Source of the DNA: an uncultured delta proteobacterium
Lineage (GTDB): Bacteria > Desulfobacterota > Binatia > UBA9968
Length of the DNA stretch: 64,000 nucleotides
Assembly (NCBI GenBank): GCA_963728565.1
Contig: CAVSLC010000018.1
Location: forward strand, 84,192 to 148,191
Direction of reading: 5' to 3'
The translations under genes and the position numbers were made by a program. Shown here one piece after another: positions 28,880-39,616 of the stretch (positions within the stretch are counted from its first letter, which is position 1; each line of letters starts with the position of its first letter). The notes beneath the pieces were generated by a model. It was not told the DNA's origin and searched no databases. It worked only from the letters and a program-made list of their open reading frames with translations.

Positions 28880-30208
28880 ATGAAACCTGTTTTTTCATTA
28901 CGGCAGGATGCCCGAGAAATATTCAATGCGGCGTTAACGGCGGCAGACGCGGCTAAAGCTGTTTCACATCATCTCAGAGTCGCTGGCGACGCTATCGATA
29001 TCGCCGGTCGGCTTTATTCCCTGCGCGGTTATAAACGACTTTTCGTCATCGGCGCGGGGAAAGGTTCCGCTCTGATGTGTCGCGCTCTCGTAGAATTGAT
29101 AGGAGATTGGCTTTACGGCGGAACCATTATAGCAAAATATGGCTATGCGGTCGCGATGAAGAAAATCGCGATCATCGAAGCCGGCCACCCGATTCCAGAC
29201 GAGAATGGACTGCGAGCCACAGAACGGATAGTCCGCTTGTTGCGGCAGACCACGAGCGACGATCTAGTGATAAATCTAATCTCCGGTGGCGGCTCGGCTT
29301 TGTTATGCAGTCCAGCAGACGGTATTTCTTTTCACGAGAAACAGGAGATCACACGCCGCCTGTTAAGCTGCGGTGCGCCGATCGGCGAAATCAACGCGAT
29401 CAGAAAGCACATCTCAAAAGTTAAAGGCGGCCGACTCGCCAGACTTGCTTATCCATCGACGCTGATCTCGTTGATATTGTCAGACGTGGTCGGAGACTCG
29501 ATCTCAGACATCGCTTCGGGTCCCACAGCGCCGGATCCAAGCACGTTCTTTGAGTGTCAGGTCATTCTTGAAAGGTATAAGCTCCGAACAGAGAAAGCCG
29601 TCTCGATCGCTAGATTCATCGACAAGGGCAGGGCGCGAGAGATCGAAGAAACTCCCAAGCCCGGCGATCCTATATTCAGTAACGTTATGAATGTGGTGGT
29701 CGGCAGTAATCGTCTGGCGGTCATCGGCGCGAAAGAGCAGGCCGAACGCTTAGGATATACTGTCAAGGTGATCGATAAGCTAGCTGAAGGTGAGGCGACT
29801 GAACTAGCCGTGGCTCATGCCGCAATCGCCAAAAAAATTTATCACTCGGGGACGGTTCGGCGACCCGCTTGCGTCATCTCGGGAGGCGAGGCAACCGTCA
29901 CGCTCCGGGGCGATGGGTTGGGCGGACGCAATCAAGAATTCGCGCTTGCGACCGCGCTGGAGATTGATGGTTTGGATGGCGTCGTCGCACTGATCGGCGC
30001 TACCGACGGCAGCGACGGCCCCACCGAGGCGGCAGGTGGGATCGTCGATGGCGGCACTGTTCGCAGGGGTGAAACTAAGGGTCTCGATGCGCGGGACTAC
30101 CTCAGCAGAAACGACTCCTACCATTATCTGAAGGCAACGGATGATCTGCTAGTGACCGGACCGACCTTTACAAATGTGATGGATCTCCGCCTTTTGATCA
30201 TTGATTAG
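28880..30208 (+). CDS. Glycerate kinase type-2 / TtuD family (DUF4147 + MOFRL)
   Basis: VIGAGKG, EAGHPIPD, LISGGGSAL, KVKGGRLA, IASGPT, GGRNQE, TDGSDG, TGPTFTNVMD. Confidence 0.93.
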   Translation: MKPVFSLRQDAREIFNAALTAADAAKAVSHHLRVAGDAIDIAGRLYSLRGYKRLFVIGAGKGSALMCRALVELIGDWLYGGTIIAKYGYAVAMKKIAIIEAGHPIPDENGLRATERIVRLLRQTTSDDLVINLISGGGSALLCSPADGISFHEKQEITRRLLSCGAPIGEINAIRKHISKVKGGRLARLAYPSTLISLILSDVVGDSISDIASGPTAPDPSTFFECQVILERYKLRTEKAVSIARFIDKGRAREIEETPKPGDPIFSNVMNVVVGSNRLAVIGAKEQAERLGYTVKVIDKLAEGEATELAVAHAAIAKKIYHSGTVRRPACVISGGEATVTLRGDGLGGRNQEFALATALEIDGLDGVVALIGATDGSDGPTEAAGGIVDGGTVRRGETKGLDARDYLSRNDSYHYLKATDDLLVTGPTFTNVMDLRLLIID

Positions 30209-30423
30209 GGAGCTGGATTAAGCGAAAGTCATGCGAATTATTATTTGAGCGCTGTTTCACCACGCAAATTGGGACTTGTCGACATGACTCTTAAGGGCAT
30301 TCGCAGCGGGCGCTTTCACAAAACGGGTTGATTTCGAATCCGTTCATGATTAAAGTGCCCGTTTCCTGGTAATCCGGTGTACGGATCAGGACCGCGACTC
30401 AAAATAATTGCCGGGAGTTGAAA

Positions 30424-30639
30424 ATGATTGATGTGAGTTTGCGCGGAGTCAGATGCCGGGCGGCGCAAGAAATTCTTGATACCGACGGCACGGTTGATAT
30501 CGCCACCGAGGGAACAATCGTCTATGAACTCGAGGGTGAAGGCGGGCAGCTCGTGAGTGTCCAATGGGACACCGGAACAACTTGTTTAGTTTCTTCCGAG
30601 GAGATCGAAATCACCGACACCAGTGTCAGCTGGCAGTAA
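30424..30639 (+). CDS. Small acidic hypothetical protein (SH3-like beta pattern)
   Basis: GGGAG SD before the ATG; EGTIVYELEGEGGQLVSVQWDTG. Confidence 0.55.
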   Translation: MIDVSLRGVRCRAAQEILDTDGTVDIATEGTIVYELEGEGGQLVSVQWDTGTTCLVSSEEIEITDTSVSWQ

Positions 30640-30703
30640 TCACATCTGGTGGCAAGTTGGAGCGGCATGGTCAAGCTGTCGCTTAGATTGCCACGGAGCT
30701 CTA

Positions 30704-33140
30704 TCATGACGCGGGACTCGGTAGTTTAATTGCCAGCTTTTGCGCTAGATCTTCAAAAATAGTTAGCCATTCTTCTGCTGTTTGCTCGCCTTCGATGTGA
30801 CGCTTTTGCATCTGCAGATAAACCGATTGCATCAAAACATAAAAAATGTTCTGCACTCGCCATAGATCGACTGGAAAAGGCAGCTTGGCGAGTAACCCAG
30901 TTGCCTCCCGGAGTTCCCGCAGGACAGACACCGTCGGTGTTCGCGCTAAGCAATTGGCCAACCGTTCCAAATTCTGCCGATAGGCGAACTCCAAAGTAGG
31001 CGCATCGAGCGTTACCCCAGCTATTTTCGCGGACTCCAATAAAGCAGTGACACGTTCGGAACTGACCTTTCGCTTTTGAAGCGCCCGGCGCAAATCGCCA
31101 TTGAGTACCAGCTCTGCGGCCGCTGTAAAGGCCCTCGGTAGCGGAATCTGCAGATCCGTCAGGTAGCGCATGACCGGCCCGCGTTGCTCGTAGATTTGCC
31201 GGTATAATGTCTCGGTTTGGCCCAAAGCCGAAGCTAAAATATTTTCAACTACGGTTCTCTGTTCTTCCCGGAAAAGCGATCGCAGAGAGTAATTCGACTC
31301 ACCAAAGCAGCGATCCATGACCCGAATCACTTCAGCGAAATCTGCGCGAGTGAATGAAGCGACCGATTCACCGACCAGGCTTTGGTAGAGTCTATCCGGC
31401 ATGAACTCCTGAACTCCACCGTTTACGTTGTGGTCGCCCATGTGCAGCACTCCAAAGCTCAGCATCGATGATTCCATAGTGATTTCGCTGGTTAGCTTTA
31501 CCCGGCCGACGGCTAGTCTAGCTATGCCGGCGTTGAAGACCTGATAATCGTCGCGTTCTGCCCGAAAGCAGTAGATTGAAGTTTTGTCCGGGTAGCTTTC
31601 AAACAGTGAGCGTACCGCGTAATGCGCGCCGATTCGCTCCCAGTTGATCATTGCCGTGCGCACGAGCTGGTAATAAATCTCTCTTCCCCCGCCGCGGTCC
31701 GATAGATTGCTCCTTGCAACAGATAGCCTCTCAACAAACTGAGACTCAGGGGAGTCGCCGAACAACTCCTGGCTCAATTGTACAACCCGCGCGGCATACT
31801 GAATGATTTGCACGGTTTCTATCCCGAATAGATCATCGAAGAACCAACCGCAGCTGGTATACATCAGCATGGCATGCCGCTGAAGCTCAAGCAGCTTGAG
31901 CACGGTCACTCTGGCGCTGGCGTCGAGCGGACCAATCGCATGACGTGAAAAGAAGCGCTCGACGATTTCGGCCGCTCGGTTGTGGACGACATCTATATAA
32001 TCGTCGCGGGCTGCCCAAGGATCCTTCAAAAACTTGCCGGCTTGTGTCTCGAAAGATTCTGAAAGCGAGTCGCGCAACCAATCCAACGCGTTGCGCAGCG
32101 GTGTTCGCCACTCCTGATTCCAGTTCGGATGCGCGCCCGTATTGCAGCCGCAGCTGCTCCACCACCGATCGATGCCATGGAAACAACTCCAGGAGCTTTT
32201 TTCGATGATTTCAACTTGTTGGGTCGGCGGGTGCCGCTCCAGGTATTCGCCATAGTTGGTCAGCCGCGCCAACTTCTTGGCTTCGATTTGGTTCAGGGCA
32301 TAAGCCAAGGCCATGTCACCGAAACGATGATGATGTCCATAGCTCTCGCCGTCGGTTGCGATATGTACCAGTTGCGGCCAGACGCCGTTGATCCGAAAAT
32401 GCGCCGACGAGTCTATCCGCAAGATGATCACCGCGCGTCAGTAAACCTTCAAAAGCTACGGCCCGCGCAATCGGTCCGTCATAAAAAAATAGTCCAATGC
32501 TTTTACCGGAAGCTAGCTGTTGTAGGTAGGGCCGAGTCGGATCAATTTTTGCTCCAGTCACATCCTGCCATAGCCGCGCGCCGGCACGCTGCACTCGCGA
32601 CGCCTGGTGCGGCGCAAGGATCGTAAAGCGAATCCCTTCTTCCGCCAAAATCTGCAGTGTTTCCAAATCCACCGCCGTCTCCGGCAACCAAATTCCTTCG
32701 GGCCTGCGCTTGAAACGGCGTTCGAAATCACCGATCCCCCAGAGAACTTGTGTCCGTCGATCTCGCCGGCTGGCGAGCGGCAATATGATGTGGTTGTAAG
32801 GTTGAGCGATCGCTGAGCCATGGCCGGTAAACTTGTGCATGCTCAGACGATCCGCGGATAAGATTGCTTCGTAAACTTCCGGTTCGTTGTTCTCTAGCCA
32901 CTGAAGCAAAGTCGGGCCGAAATTGAAACTGATTCTAGAGTAGTTGTTGACTAGCTGAACGATTTGACCCTGATCGTCCAGGATACGCGCTACGGCATTG
33001 GGCGCATAACATTCAGCGGTGATGCGCTGATTCCAATCGTGGTAGGGATAGGCGGAATCCTGGAGCTCGATTGTTTCCAACCAGGCATTTTCTCGCGGCG
33101 GCTGATAAAAGTGTCCGTGAATGCAAACGTATCGTTCCAT
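30704..33140 (-). pseudogene. GH57 / DUF3536 glycoside hydrolase, split by a +1 frameshift near 32385 (may be a sequencing error)
   Basis: N-half: HGHFYQPPRE, FNFGPTL, GIWLPETAVD. C-half: ATDGESYGHH, SWSCFHGIDRW, MYTSCGWFFDD. Removing one base in CAACGGCGTCTGG joins them as AFSDQRVWPQLVHIATDGE. Confidence 0.85.
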
Positions 33141-33264
33141 TTAGTTGATCCGATTTGAATGATGAATGCGGGATGACATGTCAAGAAGAGTCAGCCAGGT
33201 GAAAGGAACGTTCTAATAGGAGAAACTGGGCAAGAGCGATGTTTCCGACCGAGTTACGCTGACA

Positions 33265-34512
33265 TCAGGGGTTGGTCATGATCCAGCTGGACTTGCGTTC
33301 ACCTCGAGCCACCACGACAATACCGGTTTCCGAGACGAAATAATGCTCCTTATCATGGGCGGCATCGTAGCCAATCTGGGTTCCTGAGGGGATGACATTG
33401 GACTTGTCGATGATAGCATTGCGAATCTTGCAGTTACGACCAATCTCCACCCAATCCATAATCACCGAATCGTCGATTTCGCTATAGCTATGAACCCTAA
33501 CATTTCTACCGACGACACAATTTCGTACCAAGCTTCCACTCACTATGGTTCCTTCCGACACGATGGAGTTGAGCGCCATGCCTTTGCGATCGTACCAATC
33601 AAAAACAAATTTGGCCGGCGGATCGCCGGATCCCACCGTGCGCAACGGCCAACTCCGGTTGTAAAGATTGAATGATGGGTCCACCGAGCATAAATCCATA
33701 TTAGCTTCGTAGTACGCTTCGATGGTTCCGAGATCACGCCAATAACTGGCTTCCTCTCCCTTGAAGGGAACCGGTACACGATTCCTGCGAAAATCATAGG
33801 CGAAAACTTTTTGATCCTTAATGAGTTCCGGGAGCAGATTCCGCCCGAAATCGTGAACGCTGCGGTTGTTCTTGGCATCGGCGATGAGAGCGGGAACCAG
33901 CACATCGGTATTGAACAGATAATTGCCCATCGAGACCAGCGCATAGTCCGGCTCGCCTGGAATAGATTTTGGCCGAATCGGCTTTTCATCAAAGCCGACG
34001 ATGCGCCAATCCGCGTCCACTTCAATGACACCAAACGCGCTGGCCTCGTTAATTTTCACCGGTAGCGCGGCGACTGTAGTCGCGGCATTCCTCCGCTGGT
34101 GTTCGTCGATCATCTGCCGGATGTTCATTCGATAAATGTGATCGGCGCCGAAAATTGCCACTACCCTCGGGTTGTGCCGTTCAATCAGATAGAGATTCTG
34201 GTACACGGAGTCTGCAGTGCCCTGGTACCATTCGAAGCCCATGCGCATTTGGGCCGGCACGGCGGTGACGAAATGCTCGCCCAGGAAATCGGTGCTGCGC
34301 CACCCTCGGTCGAGGTGTTCGAGCAGGGACTGCGCTTTGAATTGGGTCAAAACATAGATCGATAGAATGCCCGAGTTAACGAAGTTTGAAAGAACGAAGT
34401 CGATGATCCGATATCTTCCGCCGAACGGCACGGCGGGCTTGGCTCGATCCTGAGTTAAAGGAAAAAGCCGTTCTCCTCTACCCCCGGCTAGCACAACTCC
34501 TAGAACGTACAT
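33265..34512 (-). CDS. glgC: Glucose-1-phosphate adenylyltransferase
   Basis: VLAGGRGERL, RAKPAVPFGGRYRIIDF, WYQGTADSV, GADHIY, SMGNYLF, YWRDLGT. Confidence 0.97.
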   Translation of the reverse strand: MYVLGVVLAGGRGERLFPLTQDRAKPAVPFGGRYRIIDFVLSNFVNSGILSIYVLTQFKAQSLLEHLDRGWRSTDFLGEHFVTAVPAQMRMGFEWYQGTADSVYQNLYLIERHNPRVVAIFGADHIYRMNIRQMIDEHQRRNAATTVAALPVKINEASAFGVIEVDADWRIVGFDEKPIRPKSIPGEPDYALVSMGNYLFNTDVLVPALIADAKNNRSVHDFGRNLLPELIKDQKVFAYDFRRNRVPVPFKGEEASYWRDLGTIEAYYEANMDLCSVDPSFNLYNRSWPLRTVGSGDPPAKFVFDWYDRKGMALNSIVSEGTIVSGSLVRNCVVGRNVRVHSYSEIDDSVIMDWVEIGRNCKIRNAIIDKSNVIPSGTQIGYDAAHDKEHYFVSETGIVVVARGERKSSWIMTNP

Positions 34513-34532
34513 TGATCGCCTCGTATCCCGGC

Positions 34533-35972
34533 TTAAGCCAGCAGCTCTTGATAAATCTTGCTATACGCGCGCGCGGAACGATCCCATGAGAAATCCATCG
34601 TCATCGCTCGGCGCTGCAACGCAATCCAGGATTTCTTGTCGGAAAATAGCTCCAAGACACGATCAATCGTTTTCAGAAGCTCCTGCGCTTCGTAGGCTTC
34701 GAACACAAAGCCGGTGCCGGCTGATCGCTCGGCGTTGTAATCTTCTACCGAATCCTTCAAGCCGCCAACGGCGCGCACGATCGGAATTGTACCATATTTT
34801 AAACTGAACATCTGATTCAATCCGCAGGGTTCAAAGAGCGAAGGCATCAGAAAGATGTCGGCGCCGGCTTCAATCTGGTGCGCTAGCGCTTCATCGAATC
34901 CAATGCGTACTCCCACCTTGCCTGGGAATTGCGCCGCTGCACGACGAAAAAAATTTTCATAGCGGCTTTCACCGGTTCCCAACAATACAAATTGCACATC
35001 TCGTTGGATCAGCGTTGCGAAAATTTTTTCGACGAGGTCAACGCCTTTTTGCGAGGTCAACCGCGAAATCATGCCAAACAGAGGCAAGCCGGGTTTAATC
35101 GCCAGCCCCATAGTCCGCTGCAGGTTGTCTTTGCAAAGTCGCTTACCGTCGAGACTGTGGTCGCTATACTGCTTGGCAATAAGTGGATCGACCGCGGGAT
35201 TCCATTGATTGTAGTCGACGCCGTTCAAAATGCCGATGAGATCGTTCGCTCGCTGCTGGAGCACGCCTTCAAGCCCGAATCCCTGCTCCCTCGTCTTGAT
35301 CTCGGCAGCGTGAGTCGGACTCACGGTGGTTATCTTGTCGGCAAAGACGAGACCTCCCTTTAGAAGACTAAAATCCTGGTAAAACTCAAGGTAGGCGGGG
35401 CTGAAGAGATACTCGTCAAGATTCAAATAATGCCAGTCTGGGCGCCAAAAATTCCCCTGAAACGCGATGTTGTGCACGGTTAAAACTGTTTTCGCCGAGG
35501 CGATCTCCGGGTACCGCAATGGTTGCGTCCTTAAGAATACCGGCGCTAGCGCCGTCTGCCAGTCATGGCAGTGAACGACCTCTACATTCTCATGACGCAA
35601 GATCTCCAATGCGCTACGGGTGAAAAAAACAAATCGGGCAAGATTATCGGAATAATCGCCTTGATTTGTGCCGTACAGAGATTCGCGATCGAAATAACGG
35701 TCGGCGCGAACTAAGTAAACAATCACGTCACGTCCCAATCCGGTTTTCAGGATGGTAGCCGTTTCCTGTCGATCTGAAACAGGAACGGAGACGTCCAGCG
35801 GTACGTCCGTCAAAGCGAAGCCGCCCTGGAGAGTCGAGCGATAAGCCGGCATGATCAAGCAAAGCTTGTGTCCGAGTTGTTCCAGAGCAACTGATAAACT
35901 TCCGACCACGTCGGCCAAACCTCCGGTTTTAGCGAATGGAGAAATCTCAGATGATATTACGCCAATTTTCAT
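34533..35972 (-). CDS. glgA: Glycogen synthase
   Basis: KTGGLADV, HCHDWQT, TVHNIAFQG, GILNGVD, MPSLFEPCGLNQ, VGGLKD; start at ATG 35972. Confidence 0.97.
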   Translation of the reverse strand: MKIGVISSEISPFAKTGGLADVVGSLSVALEQLGHKLCLIMPAYRSTLQGGFALTDVPLDVSVPVSDRQETATILKTGLGRDVIVYLVRADRYFDRESLYGTNQGDYSDNLARFVFFTRSALEILRHENVEVVHCHDWQTALAPVFLRTQPLRYPEIASAKTVLTVHNIAFQGNFWRPDWHYLNLDEYLFSPAYLEFYQDFSLLKGGLVFADKITTVSPTHAAEIKTREQGFGLEGVLQQRANDLIGILNGVDYNQWNPAVDPLIAKQYSDHSLDGKRLCKDNLQRTMGLAIKPGLPLFGMISRLTSQKGVDLVEKIFATLIQRDVQFVLLGTGESRYENFFRRAAAQFPGKVGVRIGFDEALAHQIEAGADIFLMPSLFEPCGLNQMFSLKYGTIPIVRAVGGLKDSVEDYNAERSAGTGFVFEAYEAQELLKTIDRVLELFSDKKSWIALQRRAMTMDFSWDRSARAYSKIYQELLA

Positions 35973-36566
35973 ATGATCTCTCGATGTCACGTGCTCGTTT
36001 TAGTGTCATCGCGCAGTAGCCGCAGCGAGATGTCTCTTTATTGGTCCACTGAAGATGCAAGCTTGACTGCTATCGCTTTACCTTGCGGCCTCGTGGAATT
36101 TCTGTTCCGCAAATCTATTCTGTCTTGAATCTCTTTCTCGCGCTATAACTTTAAAGTTTCGTTTCAGTGGTTTGTTCCTGAGTCAACAATGCGGGTCTCC
36201 ACGAATTGGCTACCGCCATTGCGGCATACGTGTAAAGCCCACCGATATATTTAGCCAGTTGACTGCCAAACGAAACAGTGGACGCAGAAAGAGAACGACA
36301 GAATCAAACGATGGTGAACAGCCTGTGAAGAAGGAACAGAGTATGATCATCCATACACGAGCCCTATGTGCCAAAAGTGGCCGATCGGCCACTTCTATCC
36401 TTTTAACTCTCATTGCCCGGTATCCGGAACCTCCCTATGTTTCAGGCAAAATCACAATAATACCAGCCTGATTTGGCCGAAATAACGAAGGACTAGGATT
36501 CCGAAAAACTACCTAAATTGACAAATTTCCATTGCTAAACAAGGACATCTGTGGGAAATTAGGCAG

Positions 36567-36582
36567 TGGCATCGCACTTGCT
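36567..36582 (+). promoter_or_regulatory. Sigma-54 -24/-12 promoter of the polysaccharide locus
   Basis: TGGCATCGCACTTGCT matches TGGCAY-N5-TTGCW, about 30 bp before the NusG-paralog gene. Confidence 0.75.
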
Positions 36583-36610
36583 CAGTCTTTAGCCTGTCGG
36601 GGTGTATAGG

Positions 36611-37174
36611 ATGGAGAATTTGCAACGAGATTGGTATGTCATCTACAGCAAGCCTCATAAGGAGGTACAAGCGCAGTTCCATCTTGGTCTCAAAGGCGTG
36701 GAGACTTTCTTTCCGCGATTACACTTGCCCGGACCGGTTGAAAAACAGAAACGGCTAATCCCGCTGTTTCCCAACTACCTGTTTGCCTGTATCCATCTTC
36801 CTACCGAATATCATTCTGTAATTTGGGCGCCCGGCGTTAAAAAGATCGTCTGTTTCAGCGATACGCCGGTCCCGATAGAAGACAGCGTAATTCGCTTTCT
36901 TCAGCAGAACGCAGATGACAAGGGAGTCATTCAGGCCCGGTCGCAATTACGACGGGGCCAGGAAATTGAAGTAACCGGCGGACCGTTCAATGGTTTGTTG
37001 GGGATCATTCAGGATCCTCCCGATGGCAAAGGGAGGATCAGAATTCTCCTTAAGCTTTTGAGCCGGCAAATAAGCGTGAAACTGGGTATTGAGTTTATCA
37101 AGGCAGAGCATACTGCCTTCGGCCCGCCAATCCGGGCCAATATAGGGTCTGGTTTCGTTTCAGCCACGAGCTGA
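36611..37174 (+). CDS. NusG-family transcription antiterminator (RfaH/UpxY-like)
   Basis: WYVIYSKP, PLFPNYLF (NGN); GQEIEVTGGPFNGLLG (KOW); first gene of the polysaccharide locus. Confidence 0.9.
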   Translation: MENLQRDWYVIYSKPHKEVQAQFHLGLKGVETFFPRLHLPGPVEKQKRLIPLFPNYLFACIHLPTEYHSVIWAPGVKKIVCFSDTPVPIEDSVIRFLQQNADDKGVIQARSQLRRGQEIEVTGGPFNGLLGIIQDPPDGKGRIRILLKLLSRQISVKLGIEFIKAEHTAFGPPIRANIGSGFVSATS

Positions 37175-37282
37175 AGGACCATTTCCGTTTAGGTGTTTTA
37201 AACGAAAGGATTTTAACCTGAAGGGCGGAGCTGTATCTATCTACTCCGGCTTTAATATACCCGACGAATTGGAGGATTTGAA

Positions 37283-38026
37283 ATGAAGATAAGTCCGATT
37301 ATGTCGCGTTGTATAAATGCACGTTCAGTTTTTTTGTTAGCCGTCTTACTGACTATCGGCTGTTCCAGCCCAGCGTCAAATATCCCGGAGCTCACTCCGG
37401 AACGACTGGTTGCTAAACCCGCTTCCCAGGCTCCGCTCGAGAAGACCTACAAGTTGGTTCCTTATGACCAGATCAACGTGAGATTTACCTACCATCCGGA
37501 ATCCGATCCGAAGGCGCCAGTCTCGATCAGACCAGACGGGCAAATCATGCTCGACAACGTGGGTTCGATCCGCGCTGCGGGTTTAACACCGGAGGAATTA
37601 GGCAAAGAGATAGCCGCCAAAAGTTCGAAACGGCTGCGGGATCCCGAGGTGATCGTTACAGTGTCGCAGTTCACTCCCAGAAAGATCTATGTGGGGGGAC
37701 AGGTAAAGACTCCGGGCATAGTTCAGTTTCAGGGTGACATGACTCCGCTTCAAGCTATTTTCGATCGGGGTGGGTTTACCCCTGAAGCGCAAATTGATAG
37801 CGTCATCCTTATACGCGACACCGGCGCTCCCGAGCCGGTTATAGGACGAATCAACGCGATGCAGAGTTTGGAAGGAGGCGTGCCTGAAAGAATTAGTCTT
37901 CTAACAAACGACGTTATTTATGTTCCGATGTCGGGGATAAGCACAACTAATCAATGGGTCAAGCAACACCTGCGTGAGATTATGCCAATCGAGCTTTTAG
38001 GTCTCGGTTATCTATTCGGCAGTTGA
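37283..38026 (+). CDS. wza: Polysaccharide export lipoprotein (Wza/OPX, Poly_export + SLBB)
   Basis: Lipobox TIGC; IRPDGQI, AAGLTPEEL, IYVGGQVKTPG, DVIYVP. Confidence 0.88.
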   Translation: MKISPIMSRCINARSVFLLAVLLTIGCSSPASNIPELTPERLVAKPASQAPLEKTYKLVPYDQINVRFTYHPESDPKAPVSIRPDGQIMLDNVGSIRAAGLTPEELGKEIAAKSSKRLRDPEVIVTVSQFTPRKIYVGGQVKTPGIVQFQGDMTPLQAIFDRGGFTPEAQIDSVILIRDTGAPEPVIGRINAMQSLEGGVPERISLLTNDVIYVPMSGISTTNQWVKQHLREIMPIELLGLGYLFGS

Positions 38027-38068
38027 GAATCGCGAGTGACTTCTGTGGACACTCATTAAGGAACGCTC

Positions 38069-39586
38069 ATGGATTTTCTTCAGGTAGACGGGAAAGAGAT
38101 TCCTCTCCTAGAGGCGCCGCAAAAGTATGAAGCCCCGCCTCGACGGATTCTCTACGTTTTGTTCAAGCAAAAGAGACTAGTGTGCGCAATCTTTCTTGGG
38201 TTGACGTTGCCGGCATTCATCTATTTGCTTCTTAAGCCAATCGAGTATACGGCGCGAGCGAAAGTCTTAGTGAAGCCAAGCCGAGAGTTCCTTAATGTTT
38301 CACCGAGTGCCGGGGGCCAAACAGCGCTAAGTCTCTTGCCCTCGGCAGAGATCATAAATACGGAAATTCAGATCATTAAAAGCCCCCAGCTGGCTGAACG
38401 GCTGGTGAAGGATGTGCCGTTTCCGGATAAGGACGGCAATGTGCCGCAAACACTCAGTGATGCTGAAGTGAAAACTCAGGGACGCTGGATGAAATTTATG
38501 ATCCAGGCAAATGCAGATAAGAAATCCCCGGTGATCGAAATCAGTATGACCACTCCATACCAGCAGGAGTGGACGGCGAAGGCGGTCAATCGTGCTGCCG
38601 AAATCTACCTGGAAGAACATCTTAAGGTTCATAAGACTCAAGGCATCGGTGAGTTCTATGATGAACAGGAAAAGAAGCTACAGCTGCAATTGACTCAAGC
38701 AGAAGAAGCGCTCCAGGCATTCCAGGCCAAGGAGAATATTATCGACGCTCCGGCTGAGGTGACTGCGGATCTCAACGCATGGGCGATCTTCGACAAGTCT
38801 CTGAAGCAAACTGAGTCGGAGATCCGGGAAACAGAGCAGAAGGTAGCGATTCTCGATGATCAGCTGAAGCAACAGAAAGCAACGATTTCCTCGGGAACGA
38901 ACATCACAGAAAACCCGGTTTATTCGCAAATTCGCAATCGGCTCACAGCACTAGAGCTCGAGAGAGACGGTCTTTTGCAGCGCTACACCCCTGAAGATCG
39001 CATGGTCAAGGACAAGCAGAAGGAAATCGATGATTTAAAGAAAAAGTTAGAAACAGTTAAGCCAACCTCGGTTGGCTCGGAAAACATTAGCCTTAATGAT
39101 GTGCACCGGAGAATCCTCAACGAGTTGTTGGGTTCGCGTGTCCAGCTCAAAGCCTTGAATGAGAAGAAAGCCGCATTGACACATCAGGTGCAAAACTATT
39201 CTTCGGCTGCGGCAGATAAAAAGCGCAAAGGTTTCGAATATGACCGTCTGCTGCGCGACGTCAATGTCAAAAAAGCAAACCTCGATCTTTATAAACAAAA
39301 AGCCGAAGAGGCAAGAATTTCCGATGCCATGGATGAGCAGAAATTCAGCAACGCTTATATCTTAGAGCGAGCTAATCCACCGCTAGGCAGGGCAGGCAGA
39401 AGTTTTTTGGTGTTAGCCATGATCACCCTGATAGGTGCAGCAGGGGCAGCAATTGCCGCGGCTTTTGGCATTGAATACTTTAATAGCACCTTGCGGAACG
39501 AGGGCGATATAGAAGATCAGATCGGCTTGCCGGTGCTGGCAACGATCCAGAGTTATGGTGATTTTAATCCTGCCCCTTTCAAATAA
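38069..39586 (+). CDS. Polysaccharide co-polymerase (GumC/Wzz, Wzc membrane module)
   Basis: Two TM segments flanking a long coiled coil; NTEIQIIKS; IEDQIGLPVLATI. Confidence 0.9.
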   Translation: MDFLQVDGKEIPLLEAPQKYEAPPRRILYVLFKQKRLVCAIFLGLTLPAFIYLLLKPIEYTARAKVLVKPSREFLNVSPSAGGQTALSLLPSAEIINTEIQIIKSPQLAERLVKDVPFPDKDGNVPQTLSDAEVKTQGRWMKFMIQANADKKSPVIEISMTTPYQQEWTAKAVNRAAEIYLEEHLKVHKTQGIGEFYDEQEKKLQLQLTQAEEALQAFQAKENIIDAPAEVTADLNAWAIFDKSLKQTESEIRETEQKVAILDDQLKQQKATISSGTNITENPVYSQIRNRLTALELERDGLLQRYTPEDRMVKDKQKEIDDLKKKLETVKPTSVGSENISLNDVHRRILNELLGSRVQLKALNEKKAALTHQVQNYSSAAADKKRKGFEYDRLLRDVNVKKANLDLYKQKAEEARISDAMDEQKFSNAYILERANPPLGRAGRSFLVLAMITLIGAAGAAIAAAFGIEYFNSTLRNEGDIEDQIGLPVLATIQSYGDFNPAPFK

Positions 39587-39616
39587 CTTCATTCTAACTA
39601 GGTCACCGGGGGTTTT

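Noticed and set aside
36172-36471. ORFs in the glgA / nusG-paralog divergent intergenic region
   Set aside because: No recognisable motifs or SD; more likely regulatory DNA for the two divergent operons.
37224-37234. Canonical ops element
   Set aside because: GGCGGAGCTGT lacks the conserved GGTAG core; kept only as a speculative site in the findings.
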